From a virus (lineage: Duplodnaviria; Heunggongvirae; Uroviricota; Caudoviricetes): a stretch of DNA of 16,100 nucleotides. Of the stretch, positions 1 to 13,425 are shown one piece after another. Below the pieces are notes generated by a model that did not search any database, had not been told where the DNA came from, and worked only from the letters and a program-made list of their open reading frames with translations. Within the stretch, counting starts at the first letter, position 1. Every line of letters starts with the position of its first letter. The stretch lies in the IMG/VR virus record IMGVR_UViG_2778261673_000002. One strand, given 5' to 3'. The translations under genes and the position numbers were made by a program.

Positions 1-158
1 CCCTGCCAGGTGACCGGCTCACCTTTTTCGTTCTGCTCATTACAGAAAAAATAACGTTCTCCACCGACCTCTGTCAGGTCGATTTCCCAGAGCACCACGC
101 TGGCCGACTGCTCCGTACGGGTGCATTCATTCAGTGTTTCCTGCCGGATATCCTGCAT
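1..158 (-). CDS. L: Tail tip assembly protein L, N-terminal part only (gene continues past the window start)
   Basis: Reverse complement of 1-158 translates to MQDIRQETLNECTRTEQSASVVLWEIDLTEVGGERYFFCNEQNEKGEPVTWQG, matching my recollection of the lambda gpL N-terminus. ATG at 158..156 overlaps the M stop by 1 nt. Confidence 0.85.
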   Translation of the reverse strand, partial: MQDIRQETLNECTRTEQSASVVLWEIDLTEVGGERYFFCNEQNEKGEPVTWQ

Positions 159-487
159 CAGTTCACCACCTGTTCAAACTCTGCGCTGAACTCAACACGC
201 AGCATACTGACCCGCGACGACCATTTTGCGCAGGTCACCTTTATCTGCCGCCACTCATAAGGCGGCGTCCACAGAAAGGATTTCCAGCCCCCGTGCTCTT
301 CCAGAAACGACTCCAGTACCGTGGCCTCCTCACGGGGGACAGAAAGCGTCACGCTGTACGTTTTCAGGTTGGCATTCAGCCCGGCAGGCGCTCGCTGAGA
401 ATAGCCATCACCAAAGCGCACCGTTCTTACAGAAGGGACCGAAGCCACATCCATACCGGGTTTCACTTTCCAGCGGAAGGTCTTCAT
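158..487 (-). CDS. M: Tail tip protein M (109 aa)
   Basis: ORF-track 109-aa product MKTFRWKVKPG... has lambda gpM length and position, immediately downstream of H with an ATGA-type start/stop overlap. Confidence 0.9.
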   Translation of the reverse strand: MKTFRWKVKPGMDVASVPSVRTVRFGDGYSQRAPAGLNANLKTYSVTLSVPREEATVLESFLEEHGGWKSFLWTPPYEWRQIKVTCAKWSSRVSMLRVEFSAEFEQVVN

Positions 488-3045
488 CGTCCACCTCCGG
501 AGAACAGGCCACCATCACGCATCTGTGTCTGAATTTCATCACGGGCACCCTTGCGGGCCATGTCATACACCGCCTTCAGAGCAGCCGGACCTATCTGCCC
601 GTTCGTGCCGTCGTTGTTAATCACCACATGGTTATTCTGCTCAAACGTCCCGGACGCCTGCGACCGGCTGTCTGCCATGCTGCCCGGTGTACCGACATAA
701 CCGCCGGTGGCATAGCCGCGCATCAGCCGGTAAAGATTCCCCACGCCAATCCGGCTGGTTGCCTCCTTCGTGAAGACAAACTCACCACGGTGAACAATCC
801 CCGCTGGCTCATATTTGCCGCCGGTTCCCGTAAATCCTCCGGTTGCAAAATGGAATTTCGCCGCAGCGGCCTGAATGGCTGTACCGCCTGACGCGGATGC
901 GCCGCCACCAACAGCCCCGCCAATGGCGCTGCCGATACTCCCGACAATCCCCACCATTGCCTGCTTAAGCAGAATTTCTGTCATCATGGACAGCACGGAA
1001 CGGGTGAAGCTGCGCCAGTTCTGCTCACTGCCGGTCAGCATCGCCGCCATATTCTGTGCAATACCATCAAAGGTCTGCGTGGCTGCACTTTTTACCTGCG
1101 ACATACTGTCCGTGGCGCTCTCTTCCCACTCACTCCAGCCGGACTTCAGGCCTGCCATCCAGTTCCCGCGAAGCTGGTCTTCAGCCGCCCAGGTCTTTTT
1201 CTGCTCTGACATGACGTTATTCAGCGCCAGCGGATTATCGCCATACTGTTCCTTCAGGCGCTGTTCCGTGGCTTCCCATTCTGCCTGCCGGTCAGTCAGC
1301 CCCCGGCTTTTCGCATCAATGGCGGCCCGTTTTGCCCGTTGCTGCTGTGCGAATTTATCCGCCTGCTGCGCCAGCGCGTTCAGGCGCTCCTGATACGTAA
1401 CCTTGTCGCCAAGTGCAGCCAGCTGGCGTTTGTACTCCAGCGTCTCATCTTTATGCGCCAGCAGGGATTTCTCCTGTGCAGACAGCTGGCGACGTTGCGC
1501 CGCCTCCTCCAGTACCGCGAACTGACTCTCCGCCTTCCACAAATCCCGGCGCTGCTGGCTGATTTTCTCATTTGCTCCGGCATGCTTCTCCAGCGTCCGG
1601 AGTTCTGCCTGAAGCGTCAGCAGGGCAGCATGAGCACTGTCTTCCTGACGATCGCCCGCAGACACCTTCACGCCGGACTGTTTCGGCTTTTTCAGCGTCG
1701 CTTCATAATCCTTTTTCGCCGCCGCCATCAGCGTGTTGTAATCCGCCTGCAGGATTTTCCCGTCTTTCAGTGCCTTGTTCAGTTCTTCCTGACGGGCGGT
1801 ATATTTCTCCAGCGGCGTCTGCAGCCGTTCGTAAGCCTTCTGCGCCTCTTCGGTATATTTCAGCCGTGACGCTTCAGTATCGCTCTGCTGCTGCGCATTT
1901 TTGTCCTGTTGACTCTGCTGCTCAGCCTTCTTTCTCGCGGCTTCAAGCGCAAGACGGGCCTTTTCACGATCATCCCAGTAACGCGCCCGCGCTTCATCGT
2001 TAACAAAATAATCATCCTTGCGCAGACTCCAGATGTCGTCCGCTTTCTTAAACGCAGCCTCTGCCTTAATCAGCATCTCCTGAGCGGTATCAGGACGACC
2101 AATATCCAGCACCGCATCCCACATGGATTTGAATGCCCGTGCTGTCCTGTCTGCCCAGGTCTCCAGCGTACCCATGTTCTCTTTCAGGCGGCGGGTCTGG
2201 TCATCAAATCCTTTCGTCGCGGCCTCGTTCGCCGCCTGCAATGCCCCGGCTTCATCGCCGGAACGCTGCAACTGAGCAACATACGCAATCTGCTCCGCCG
2301 TCACGTTATGGAACTGGCGTGCCATCGCTGTCAGCCCTGACGTCGGGTCTGTGGTCAGCTTCCCGAAGGCTTCAGCGACCTTGTCCACCTCCACGCCGGA
2401 TGCAGAGGAGAAACGCGCCACACTCTGGCTGATGGATGCAATCTGAGCCTCACCGCTTACTCCCGCCTTAACCAGTGCGCTGAGTGACTCGCTGGTCTGG
2501 TTAAACGTCAGCCCTGCCGCCTGCCCGGCTCTGGACAGGACCAGCATACGATCTGCCGTCAGACCCGACTGATTGCCGGAAAGGACCAGCGTTTTGTTGA
2601 AATCGGACAGGGTTGAGTTGCCCTGATACCAGGCATACGCCAGCGCACCGGTCGCCACCGCCAGCGAGGTGGCCCCCACCATCGGCAGGGTGATCGCACC
2701 GGCAAGCCCCCTGAACATGGGGATCATCCCGCCGAAGGAGTCCTTAACCTGACCACCCTGTTGCAGCAGGATCAGCCACGGACTTTGCCCGCCTGCAAGC
2801 TGCGTGGCCACGTCGGTGAACTGTGCAGGCAGCATACGCATGGCGGCTTTATACTGCCCGACGGAAATCCCCGCTTTCTGTGCAGCCAGCGCCTGTCGTC
2901 TCAGCGACTGTTCAACGACTGCCGCTGTTTTTTTCGCATCACTTTCCGTACCGGAAAAATGACGCCTGACTCTGGCCATCTGCTCGTCAAATCTGGCCGC
3001 ATCCAGACTTAAATCAACGACCAGATCGCCTACCGGTTCAGCCAT
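484..3045 (-). CDS. H: Tail tape measure protein H (853 aa)
   Basis: 853-aa ORF, the lambda gpH length. Long Ala/Gln/Glu-rich helical region and Gly-rich C-terminal segment typical of tape measure proteins; sits between T and M as in lambda. Confidence 0.95.
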   Translation of the reverse strand: MAEPVGDLVVDLSLDAARFDEQMARVRRHFSGTESDAKKTAAVVEQSLRRQALAAQKAGISVGQYKAAMRMLPAQFTDVATQLAGGQSPWLILLQQGGQVKDSFGGMIPMFRGLAGAITLPMVGATSLAVATGALAYAWYQGNSTLSDFNKTLVLSGNQSGLTADRMLVLSRAGQAAGLTFNQTSESLSALVKAGVSGEAQIASISQSVARFSSASGVEVDKVAEAFGKLTTDPTSGLTAMARQFHNVTAEQIAYVAQLQRSGDEAGALQAANEAATKGFDDQTRRLKENMGTLETWADRTARAFKSMWDAVLDIGRPDTAQEMLIKAEAAFKKADDIWSLRKDDYFVNDEARARYWDDREKARLALEAARKKAEQQSQQDKNAQQQSDTEASRLKYTEEAQKAYERLQTPLEKYTARQEELNKALKDGKILQADYNTLMAAAKKDYEATLKKPKQSGVKVSAGDRQEDSAHAALLTLQAELRTLEKHAGANEKISQQRRDLWKAESQFAVLEEAAQRRQLSAQEKSLLAHKDETLEYKRQLAALGDKVTYQERLNALAQQADKFAQQQRAKRAAIDAKSRGLTDRQAEWEATEQRLKEQYGDNPLALNNVMSEQKKTWAAEDQLRGNWMAGLKSGWSEWEESATDSMSQVKSAATQTFDGIAQNMAAMLTGSEQNWRSFTRSVLSMMTEILLKQAMVGIVGSIGSAIGGAVGGGASASGGTAIQAAAAKFHFATGGFTGTGGKYEPAGIVHRGEFVFTKEATSRIGVGNLYRLMRGYATGGYVGTPGSMADSRSQASGTFEQNNHVVINNDGTNGQIGPAALKAVYDMARKGARDEIQTQMRDGGLFSGGGR

Positions 3046-3876
3046 ACCGGACTCCTCCTGCGATCCCTTCTGATACTGTCATCAGCATTACGTCATCCTC
3101 CGTCATGTCCGCCACATCCGGGGAAGCGGGGATAACTTCTTTCCCGTCCGGGCCAAAACGAACGCCTCCGGCAAGCCCTGCCGCTTTCTGCATCAGCACA
3201 TCATCTTCAGGCTCTTCGTCAGCCTCGCGCCGGTTCAGCAGACTGAAATCCAGCGGATGCATATCCGGATCGCTGAAAAACAGGCTGAGCACGGTGTATG
3301 TCAGCCCGGAAAAGTGCATATCCAGCAGAACATCATGAAAATAATGGGTACTGTAAAAGCGGTGCCAGTCGGCATACTCCGTGGATGACATCCCGGCAAG
3401 CATGGCACGCCAGTCGGGTCGCCCCATCTCACGCGCCAGTTTCAGGGCAAAACTCAGCTCACCGTCGAACACTTTCCCGCAGAAACAGGCTCTGCGGGCC
3501 CGGCGTCCTCTGCCTGTTCAGGGGCATTATTCACAACAAACTCATACATACCAAACAGCCGGTACACCACGTTTTCAGCATGAGAAATTGCCTCCGTGGG
3601 CCAGGTGGTAAGCACTTCCTGCTCAATCTGTTTAACGGCTTCATTCATGGACGGCATCTGCGTCTTCTGCGGATGGTTATGCCACAGGGACATCGCCACC
3701 AGAAACGCGCCGGTTCTGATGGCATCTTCCACAGTAAACTTCCGGTTGCTGTCTGACTCCGCCTGTTCTGCCTGCCGTTTCATCAGGGCGAGATGCTCAA
3801 TGCGCTGCAGGGCTGACAGTTCAGAAAGCGTGACGGTCACACCGTTATGTTCAAATGATTCGGTTTTCAGGAACAT
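3038..3876 (-). CDS. T: Tail assembly chaperone G-T fusion, made by programmed -1 ribosomal frameshift near the 3' end of G
   Basis: The -1 frame ORF 3038..3472 (..FDGELSFALKLAREMGRPDW..) has no independent start. Its apparent first codon is a GTG inside the slippery heptamer GGGAAAG (minus strand 3478..3472). Arrangement is the known lambda G/GT pair. Confidence 0.88.
3454..3876 (-). CDS. G: Tail assembly chaperone G (140 aa)
   Basis: ORF MFLKTESFEHNGVTVTLSELSALQRIEHLALMKRQ... matches lambda gpG in sequence and length, between V and T. Confidence 0.93.
   Translation of the reverse strand: MFLKTESFEHNGVTVTLSELSALQRIEHLALMKRQAEQAESDSNRKFTVEDAIRTGAFLVAMSLWHNHPQKTQMPSMNEAVKQIEQEVLTTWPTEAISHAENVVYRLFGMYEFVVNNAPEQAEDAGPAEPVSAGKCSTVS
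3472..3478 (-). other. Slippery heptanucleotide G GGA AAG for the G-T -1 frameshift
   Basis: Plus strand 3472-3478 reads CTTTCCC, reverse complement GGGAAAG, at the junction where the G frame reads ..AGKCSTVS* and the -1 frame continues ..GKVFDGELS. Confidence 0.85.
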
Positions 3877-3891
3877 CGCTGACTCTCCGGA

Positions 3892-4632
3892 TTAACTGGC
3901 GGTGACGGTGATTTCTGCAACCGCAGCAAGTTCACCATTACCGGATACGACCGGAATGTTGACCTTGCCTGCAGCAACGCCTTTCACGGTAATGGTCATA
4001 CCACTGACCGACACGGTGGCTTTTGTTTTATCCGCAGACACCGCACGGAAGCTCTTGTCGGTTGCGCCTTCCGGCTGGAATGCCACGGTCAGCGTGGTGC
4101 TCTGCCCTTTCACCACCGAGGTGCTGGCAGGCGTCACGGTCATGCCGGTTGCCGCTGTGACCGTGCTGCGATCTTCTGCCATCGACGGACGGCCCACATT
4201 GGTGACCTTCACCGTGCGGGTGATCACTTCCTTCGCCGTCACCGCCTTACCGATACTGCTGACCCAGCCGCGGAACACATCGACCGTGCCGTTCGGGAAG
4301 CGGATTTTATAGGCTCGGGTATCCCCTTCATTAAACCACGCCAGCAGCGCCTGCTGCCCCTGCTCTCCGGGCATCCACGCCAGCGTGAAGCTGGTATCTC
4401 CGGCAGATTTCTGCCCCTGCCCGGTCGCAGTCCAGTCTGCATCTTCATCATCGAGATAGCTGTCGTCATAGGACTCAGCGGTCAGTTCGCCGGGCGTCAG
4501 GTCTTTAACTTTTGCCAGACGCGACCAGTCAACGTCTGAAAGCGGGTTCGCATAAGGGTCACCGCTCCCCTTATAAACCCACAGGGTGGTCCCGGCACCT
4601 TTCACCGGCATTACAGGATTTGGTACAGGCAT
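3892..4632 (-). CDS. V: Major tail tube protein V (246 aa) with C-terminal Ig-like domain
   Basis: Product [22 protein letters not shown]... matches lambda gpV. Start placed at ATG 4632..4630 with an upstream GAGGA Shine-Dalgarno; the ORF-track start at 4662 adds 10 residues absent from lambda V. Confidence 0.92.
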   Translation of the reverse strand: MPVPNPVMPVKGAGTTLWVYKGSGDPYANPLSDVDWSRLAKVKDLTPGELTAESYDDSYLDDEDADWTATGQGQKSAGDTSFTLAWMPGEQGQQALLAWFNEGDTRAYKIRFPNGTVDVFRGWVSSIGKAVTAKEVITRTVKVTNVGRPSMAEDRSTVTAATGMTVTPASTSVVKGQSTTLTVAFQPEGATDKSFRAVSADKTKATVSVSGMTITVKGVAAGKVNIPVVSGNGELAAVAEITVTAS

Positions 4633-4639
4633 AGCGTCC

Positions 4640-5035
4640 TCACATTTCATAGGTAATGACATAAGTCAGATCGGCTGAACTCCACAGGCCCGCATCATCG
4701 TCGCGCCGGTAGTCATAGCCACTGGCCACCATACTGGTGATCAAATCTGACAGTGCCGGGATATCGCTCATCACCGGATAAATCCGGGACTCCATCCACG
4801 AATCCAGCTCTGAATCCGGCACCTGAGCAGGCAGGAAAACTTCGATATGCAGCTCCGCCTGCCAGGTATCGCTGTCCAGCTCTTCGCCCGTGTATTCAGC
4901 GCCGGTGAGATAAACGGCAATTGCCGGAAAATCTTCCTCATCAAAAACAGCGGGGCGACCATCAAAAAGCGTCGCCCCGGTGTCATGCTTCTCCAGTGCA
5001 TCCAGTACGGCTGCACGGAGTTCAGTATGTTTCAT
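4640..5035 (-). CDS. U: Tail terminator protein U (131 aa)
   Basis: 131-aa [25 protein letters not shown]... matches lambda gpU in sequence, length and position. Confidence 0.93.
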   Translation of the reverse strand: MKHTELRAAVLDALEKHDTGATLFDGRPAVFDEEDFPAIAVYLTGAEYTGEELDSDTWQAELHIEVFLPAQVPDSELDSWMESRIYPVMSDIPALSDLITSMVASGYDYRRDDDAGLWSSADLTYVITYEM

Positions 5036-5610
5036 CGCTTTATTACCATCCTCAGTTGATGCTGCAGCGCATAGCCCAGCTCTTTCGGAAGACGTTCACG
5101 CCGTATCCGCTCAATATTTTGTTTAAACGCCGTGGTCAGCGGCACCGCCATCGGGATTTTCACCACATCAATGGGATAACGGTTTTTCCCGGCCACACGC
5201 TGCATGACATGCCACCGGCCATTTTTCAGTTGCTGAATAAACGCGCCGGGAATACGACGGTTTCCCACCACAAGCACGCTGCCGCCACCTTTCAGGGCTG
5301 AACGCTGCCCCTTTTTACGACACCTGCGTCGGGACAGGACAATCCGCGCGTTACCCAGCCTGATTACGGGCAAATCCCCCCGGTTAACTTTGATTCTGGC
5401 CTGCGGATTTTTGACCGTGGCCCTTTTCAGCCTGGCCCTTTCCTTTACCAGTTTCCGGCGTACCTTTGTCTCACGGGCAACCTGTGACGCCGACTGCGAT
5501 ATCGCGGATGAAGCAACGCGGTTAATGGCCATTGCGGCGGCACCAGGCACCGCCGTTTTGCTGATACGGCTGAGGTTTTCAACGGCCTGCTCAAGACCTT
5601 TTATGGCCAT
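5032..5610 (-). CDS. Z: Tail completion protein Z (192 aa)
   Basis: 192-aa ORF MAIKGLEQAVENLSRISKTAVPG... matches lambda gpZ; its stop overlaps the U start by 4 nt. Confidence 0.93.
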   Translation of the reverse strand: MAIKGLEQAVENLSRISKTAVPGAAAMAINRVASSAISQSASQVARETKVRRKLVKERARLKRATVKNPQARIKVNRGDLPVIRLGNARIVLSRRRCRKKGQRSALKGGGSVLVVGNRRIPGAFIQQLKNGRWHVMQRVAGKNRYPIDVVKIPMAVPLTTAFKQNIERIRRERLPKELGYALQHQLRMVIKR

Positions 5611-5621
5611 ACATCCCCCTT

Positions 5622-5975
5622 TCAGCGGCGACGGTTAACGGCAGGCGGTACGCCCCGCCCAAGCCAGAGATGACAGCTTCCACCATCATCCGGCGAAACC
5701 CGGTCTATCCAGAAGTTTTCCTCACCGATGGTCAGCGTGTCTCCACGCCGCAGTTGCCGCACATCATCAGTCCGGACAAACAGGGACGGGCTGGAGCCTT
5801 CAACGCGCACGCCCTGTCCGGCATAGCTGATATTTTCAGGGTCATCAAAAACACCACGTATCACAGCGCCGGACTGCTCACCGGATGTCATGGTGGCTGA
5901 CGTTCCCATGTACCCGCGTATCGTTTCATCGGCGCGGGCAATGGCAGCATCGAACAGGTTATCGAAATCAGCCAC
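5622..5975 (-). CDS. FII: Head-tail joining protein FII (117 aa)
   Basis: 117-aa ORF MADFDNLFDAAIARADETIRGYMG... matches lambda gpFII. Confidence 0.93.
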   Translation of the reverse strand: MADFDNLFDAAIARADETIRGYMGTSATMTSGEQSGAVIRGVFDDPENISYAGQGVRVEGSSPSLFVRTDDVRQLRRGDTLTIGEENFWIDRVSPDDGGSCHLWLGRGVPPAVNRRR

Positions 5976-5986
5976 AGCGCCTCCCG

Positions 5987-6385
5987 TTATTGCATTCTGG
6001 CCAGGCCGCGCTCTGTCATTTCGGCTGCCACACCGGCAGAGACACGAAACGCCGTTCCCGGCAGCACAAATGCCACAGGTTCATCCCGCGTGGCGTGAAG
6101 TGCATCAGTATGCAGCGTCACCAGTGCCACAACCGTGACCAGTTCAGACGTATCCAGAATCACGGTATCCGGCTGCGCTGATCCCACCTCATTTTCATGT
6201 CCGGTCAGCACATTTTCCCGGCTGAGAGGGGTGTCCTGACCGGCAGTTTCATCCGTGTCATCAAGCTCCTCTTCCAGCTCTGCCACACGGAGCGCCAGTT
6301 CTTCTTTCGTCCCCGTCAGGCTGACATCACGGTTCAGTTGCTCACCCAGCGACCGGAGACGGACAATCAGTTCATCTTTCGTCAT
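5987..6385 (-). CDS. FI: DNA packaging / head completion protein FI (132 aa)
   Basis: Product MTKDELIVRLRSLGEQLNRDVSLTGTKEELALRVAELEEELDD... matches lambda gpFI. Start at ATG 6385..6383, preceded by a GGAGGAG Shine-Dalgarno; the ORF-track start at 6424 lies inside an intergenic hairpin. Confidence 0.9.
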   Translation of the reverse strand: MTKDELIVRLRSLGEQLNRDVSLTGTKEELALRVAELEEELDDTDETAGQDTPLSRENVLTGHENEVGSAQPDTVILDTSELVTVVALVTLHTDALHATRDEPVAFVLPGTAFRVSAGVAAEMTERGLARMQ

Positions 6386-6426
6386 GGACTCCTCCACAGA
6401 GAGAAAATGGCCCCTAAGGGCCATGA

Positions 6427-7452
6427 TTACGCCAGTTGTACGGACACGAACTCATCAGGGTCAGCCAGCAGCATCAGCGGTGCTGACTGAATCATGGTGA
6501 ACTCACGCGCCGGATCGCCGGTGGTCACCCAGTTTTTCGGGTAACGGGCAGAAGCGTTAATGCCTTCGCGCTGTGCGTCCGCATCCTGAATGCAGCCATA
6601 GGTGCGCAGACCGCGTGCCTGAGTGTTCCCTAGTACCATCGTGTTGTCCGGCAGGAAGTTCTTTTTGACGCCGTTTTCCACGTACTGTCCGGAATACACG
6701 ACGATGGCCACATCGCCATACATCCCCTTATAGGACACCGCTTTGCCCAGGTCTTTCACCGCTGTCTCCAGCTCGGAATGAGAGCCGCGACGGGTATCCA
6801 GCTTCTCCCTGACGGCTTTGAAGGAACGGAACAGCGCCCAGCCTTTCGGATCAAACACGATGATATTCACCACGCCGCTGGCGTTCAGCGCGTAGGCTTC
6901 GATATCGTCGGTCGGGTCATACGTGGACTTGTCACGCTTGCTCCACTCCGTGCCGCCGGACTGCGTGATGTTGTTCGCCGCACTGCGGCCCATATCCACC
7001 TCAACCGGATCGAAGGCTTCACCGGTCATGGTGTATTTGCCCTTGAGCACGGCAGAAACTGCCTGCATCTCTTCGACCTGAGCAATGGCCAGCTCTTCGT
7101 CACGCATGTTCTGCATGATGATGCGACGGCGGCGGTAAGCCGGGTCCGCCAGATTCTGCGGATCTTCATCCGGCAGGCGACGCAGGGTCATCTGCGGATT
7201 CACCTCATGCTTGGGTTTGACATATCCCGGCGTAAATTCAGAGGTGGAGCCGCCACGGGAACGGATAACCTCACCGGAAACAATCGGCGAAACGTACAGC
7301 GCCATGTTTACCAGTCCCGGGATTTGTGAGAGATAGACTTTCTCCGTAGTGAAGGGATAGCTCTCACGGAAAAAGAGACGCAGAAACAGCGGATCAAACT
7401 TAAATTTCTGCTCATTTGCCGCCAGCAGCTGGGCGGTTGTGTACATCGACAT
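6427..7452 (-). CDS. E: Major capsid protein E (341 aa)
   Basis: Product MSMYTTAQLLAANEQKFKFDPLFLRLFFRESYPF... matches lambda gpE. Start at ATG 7452..7450; the ORF-track start at 7479 adds 9 residues not in lambda E. Confidence 0.95.
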   Translation of the reverse strand: MSMYTTAQLLAANEQKFKFDPLFLRLFFRESYPFTTEKVYLSQIPGLVNMALYVSPIVSGEVIRSRGGSTSEFTPGYVKPKHEVNPQMTLRRLPDEDPQNLADPAYRRRRIIMQNMRDEELAIAQVEEMQAVSAVLKGKYTMTGEAFDPVEVDMGRSAANNITQSGGTEWSKRDKSTYDPTDDIEAYALNASGVVNIIVFDPKGWALFRSFKAVREKLDTRRGSHSELETAVKDLGKAVSYKGMYGDVAIVVYSGQYVENGVKKNFLPDNTMVLGNTQARGLRTYGCIQDADAQREGINASARYPKNWVTTGDPAREFTMIQSAPLMLLADPDEFVSVQLA

Positions 7453-7465
7453 AAAAAAATCCCGT

Positions 7466-7486
7466 AAAAAAAGCCGCACAGGCGGC
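7466..7486 (-). terminator. Terminator-like hairpin plus U7 tract in the D-E intergenic region
   Basis: Minus-strand RNA reads GCCGC-CUGU-GCGGC followed by UUUUUUU (plus-strand A run 7466-7472), ending 13 nt upstream of the E start codon. Confidence 0.35.
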
Positions 7487-7507
7487 CTTTAGTGATGAAG
7501 GGTAAAG

Positions 7508-7840
7508 TTAAACGATGCTGATTGCCGTTCCGGCAAACGCGGTCCGTTTTTTCGTCTCGTCGCTGGCAGCCTCCGGCCAGAGCACATCCTCATAACGGAA
7601 CGTGCCGGACTTGTAGAACGTCAGTGTGGTGCTGGTCTGGTCAGCAGCAACCGCAAGAATGCCAACGGCAGCACCGTCGGTGGTGCCATCCCACGCAACC
7701 AGCTTACGGGTGGAGGTGTCCAGCATCAGCGGGGTCATTGCAGGCGCTTTCGCACTCAATCCGCCAGGCGCGGTTGCGGTATGAGCCGGGTCACTGTTGC
7801 CCAGCGGCTGGTAATGGGTAAAGGTTTCTTTGCTCGTCAT
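7508..7840 (-). CDS. D: Capsid decoration protein D (110 aa)
   Basis: Product [43 protein letters not shown]... matches lambda gpD. ATG at 7840..7838 has an AAGGGA Shine-Dalgarno at good spacing. Confidence 0.93.
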   Translation of the reverse strand: MTSKETFTHYQPLGNSDPAHTATAPGGLSAKAPAMTPLMLDTSTRKLVAWDGTTDGAAVGILAVAADQTSTTLTFYKSGTFRYEDVLWPEAASDETKKRTAFAGTAISIV

Positions 7841-7849
7841 AAACATCCC

Positions 7850-8455
7850 TTACACTGGTGTGTTCAGCAAATCGTTAACGGCATCAGATGCCGGGTTACC
7901 TGCAGCCAGCGGTGCCGGTGCCCCCTGCATCAGACGATCCAGCGCAGTGTCACTGCGCGCCTGTGCACTCTGTGGTGCTGCGGCCAGAATGCGGCGGGCC
8001 GTTTCCACGGTCATACCGGGGGTTTCGGCCAGCACGCGAGCCTGTTCTTCGCGTCCGTGAGCCTCCTCACAGTTGAGGATCCCCATAATGCGACTGTTTT
8101 CTGCCGCAACCGCTGCGGTGATCTGCGCGTTCACGTCCGGCTGCGCCGCGCTGGCGTTCTCGCCCTCCGTCGCTTGCACCACGCCAGTAACGTCAGCCTG
8201 CGAAGCAGTGGCTGAAACAGTTGTTGATTGAGTCTCTTTGGTCATTCGCCCTCCTGAGAGACGGGATTTACGTGCATCCAGTGCATCACGCATAACGGTG
8301 ATCGCATCGGTGCTGTTGACAAGTTCATCAGCCAGTCCGGCATCAATGGCCTCCTGACCGCTGTACACTGCAGCCTCGGTATCCAGCACAGCCTGCACGG
8401 ACAGGCCGGTATATGCCGACACCTTCTGCGCAAACATCTGGCGGGTTGCATCCAT
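7850..8455 (-). CDS. Nu3: Scaffolding protein Nu3 (201 aa), nested in-frame in the 3' part of C
   Basis: In-frame ATG at 8455..8453 gives MDATRQMFAQKVSAYTGLSVQ... sharing the C stop codon; this is the known lambda C/Nu3 nested arrangement. Confidence 0.8.
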   Translation of the reverse strand: MDATRQMFAQKVSAYTGLSVQAVLDTEAAVYSGQEAIDAGLADELVNSTDAITVMRDALDARKSRLSGGRMTKETQSTTVSATASQADVTGVVQATEGENASAAQPDVNAQITAAVAAENSRIMGILNCEEAHGREEQARVLAETPGMTVETARRILAAAPQSAQARSDTALDRLMQGAPAPLAAGNPASDAVNDLLNTPV

Positions 8456-9149
8456 CCGGGACTGCAGTGTCTCCCGGACGTCATCCGGAAGATGGCTGTA
8501 GGGGTTGCCATCCACCTTATGGCTGCCGCTGTAAATCAGCGTGATTTCCACGCCCTGTTTCTCCAGCGCAGCACCGTAATTACTGTGAGCCATCATGACG
8601 CCGATGGAGCCTGTCCGGGCGGTCTGCGTGACCAGACGCCGGGAGGCGGCGCTGGCAAGCAGCTGCCCTGCACTGCAGTTCATGTCATTGGCCAGCGCCC
8701 ATACCGGCTTTATGTCACGCACACGGGCGATGATGTCAGCGCAGTCAAATGCCCCTGCCACCATCCCGCCTGGCGTATCCATATCGAGCAGAATGCCGTC
8801 CACCATCGGGTCGCTGGCAGCCTGTTGCAGACGGGCGATAATGCCGTTGTAACCGGTCATCCCCGAATACGGCTGCAGCGCTCGCGTCCGGCTGACCAGC
8901 GTACCGGACACCGGCAGCACGGCGATGCCGTTCATGACCTGATAACTGCGGGCCTGTCGTGGTCCGTCATCATCACCGGATAACGCCTGCGCCGCGGGTG
9001 CCTCTCCGGCAGTCAGGCTGTCGCCGGACACCGCATCCGTCAGGCGACTGATCCCAAGCTGGCCTGCAAGCGCACAAAAGAAAACCCGCGCATAGGCGGG
9101 TTCAAGCATCAGCGGCTCATTAAAGGCCATGCTGGCAATATGCGGGAGA

Positions 9150-9169
<20 letters not shown>
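7850..9169 (-). CDS. C: Head maturation (prohead) protease C (439 aa), GTG start
   Basis: Product VTAELRNLPHIASMAFNEPLMLEPAYARVFF... matches lambda gpC. GTG at 9169..9167 is preceded by GGAGGAGAAGA and overlaps the 3' end of B by 20 nt, as in lambda. The ORF-track extension to 9304 is upstream read-through in frame. Confidence 0.88.
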
Positions 9170-12850
<3,681 letters not shown>

Positions 12851-12876
<26 letters not shown>

Positions 12877-13396
12877 TCAGCAACCCCGGTATCAGTTCAT
12901 CCAGCGCGGCTGCTTTGTTCATGGCTTTGATGATATCCCGTTTCAGGAAATCAACATGTCGGTTTTCCAGTTCCGGAAAACGCCGCTGCACCGACAGGGG
13001 GATCCCGTCGAGAATACTGGCAATTTCACCTGCGATCCGCGACAGCACGAAAGTACAGAATGCAGTTTCCACCACTTCAGCGGAGTCTCTGGCATTTTTC
13101 AGCTCCTGTGCGTCGGCCTGCGCACGCGTAAGTCGATGGCGTTCGTACTCAATAGTCCCTGGCTGGAGATCTGTCTCGCTGGCCTGCCGCAGTTCTTCAA
13201 CCTCCCGGCGCAGCTTTTCGTTCTCAATTTCAGCATCCCTTTCGGCATACCATTTTATGACGGCGGCAGAGTCATAAAGCACCTCATTACCCTTGCCACC
13301 GCCTCGCAGAACGGGCATTCCCTGTTCCTGCCAGTTCTGAATGGTACGGATACTCGCACCGAAAATGTCAGCCAGCTGCTTTTTGTTGACTTCCAT
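12851..13396 (-). CDS. Nu1: Terminase small subunit Nu1 (181 aa)
   Basis: 181-aa ORF MEVNKKQLADIFGASIRTIQNWQEQGMPVLRGGGKGNEV... matches lambda Nu1 and is the first gene downstream of cos. Confidence 0.95.
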
Positions 13397-13425
13397 TGTT
13401 CATTCCACGGACAAAAACAGAGAAA

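Noticed and set aside
226-2432. Several plus-strand ORFs of 99-221 aa (226..891, 875..1393, 1339..1869, 1572..2003, 1909..2340, 2133..2432)
   Set aside because: They lie antisense to the tape measure gene H, whose minus-strand product matches lambda gpH over its full 853 aa. Their Pro/Arg/Ser/Cys-rich low-complexity translations are typical shadow ORFs of a GC-rich coding strand.
3038-3472. T as an independent 144-aa gene
   Set aside because: Its apparent start codon is a GTG inside the GGGAAAG slippery site with no ribosome-binding site. T is expressed only as the G-T frameshift fusion.
6427-7479. ORF-track 350-aa version of E starting at 7479, and 112-aa version of D starting at 7846
   Set aside because: The N-terminal extensions (MRLFLRDFF.. 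and MF..) are not part of the lambda proteins. Internal ATGs at 7452 and 7840 give the canonical 341-aa E and 110-aa D; D also has a well-spaced Shine-Dalgarno.
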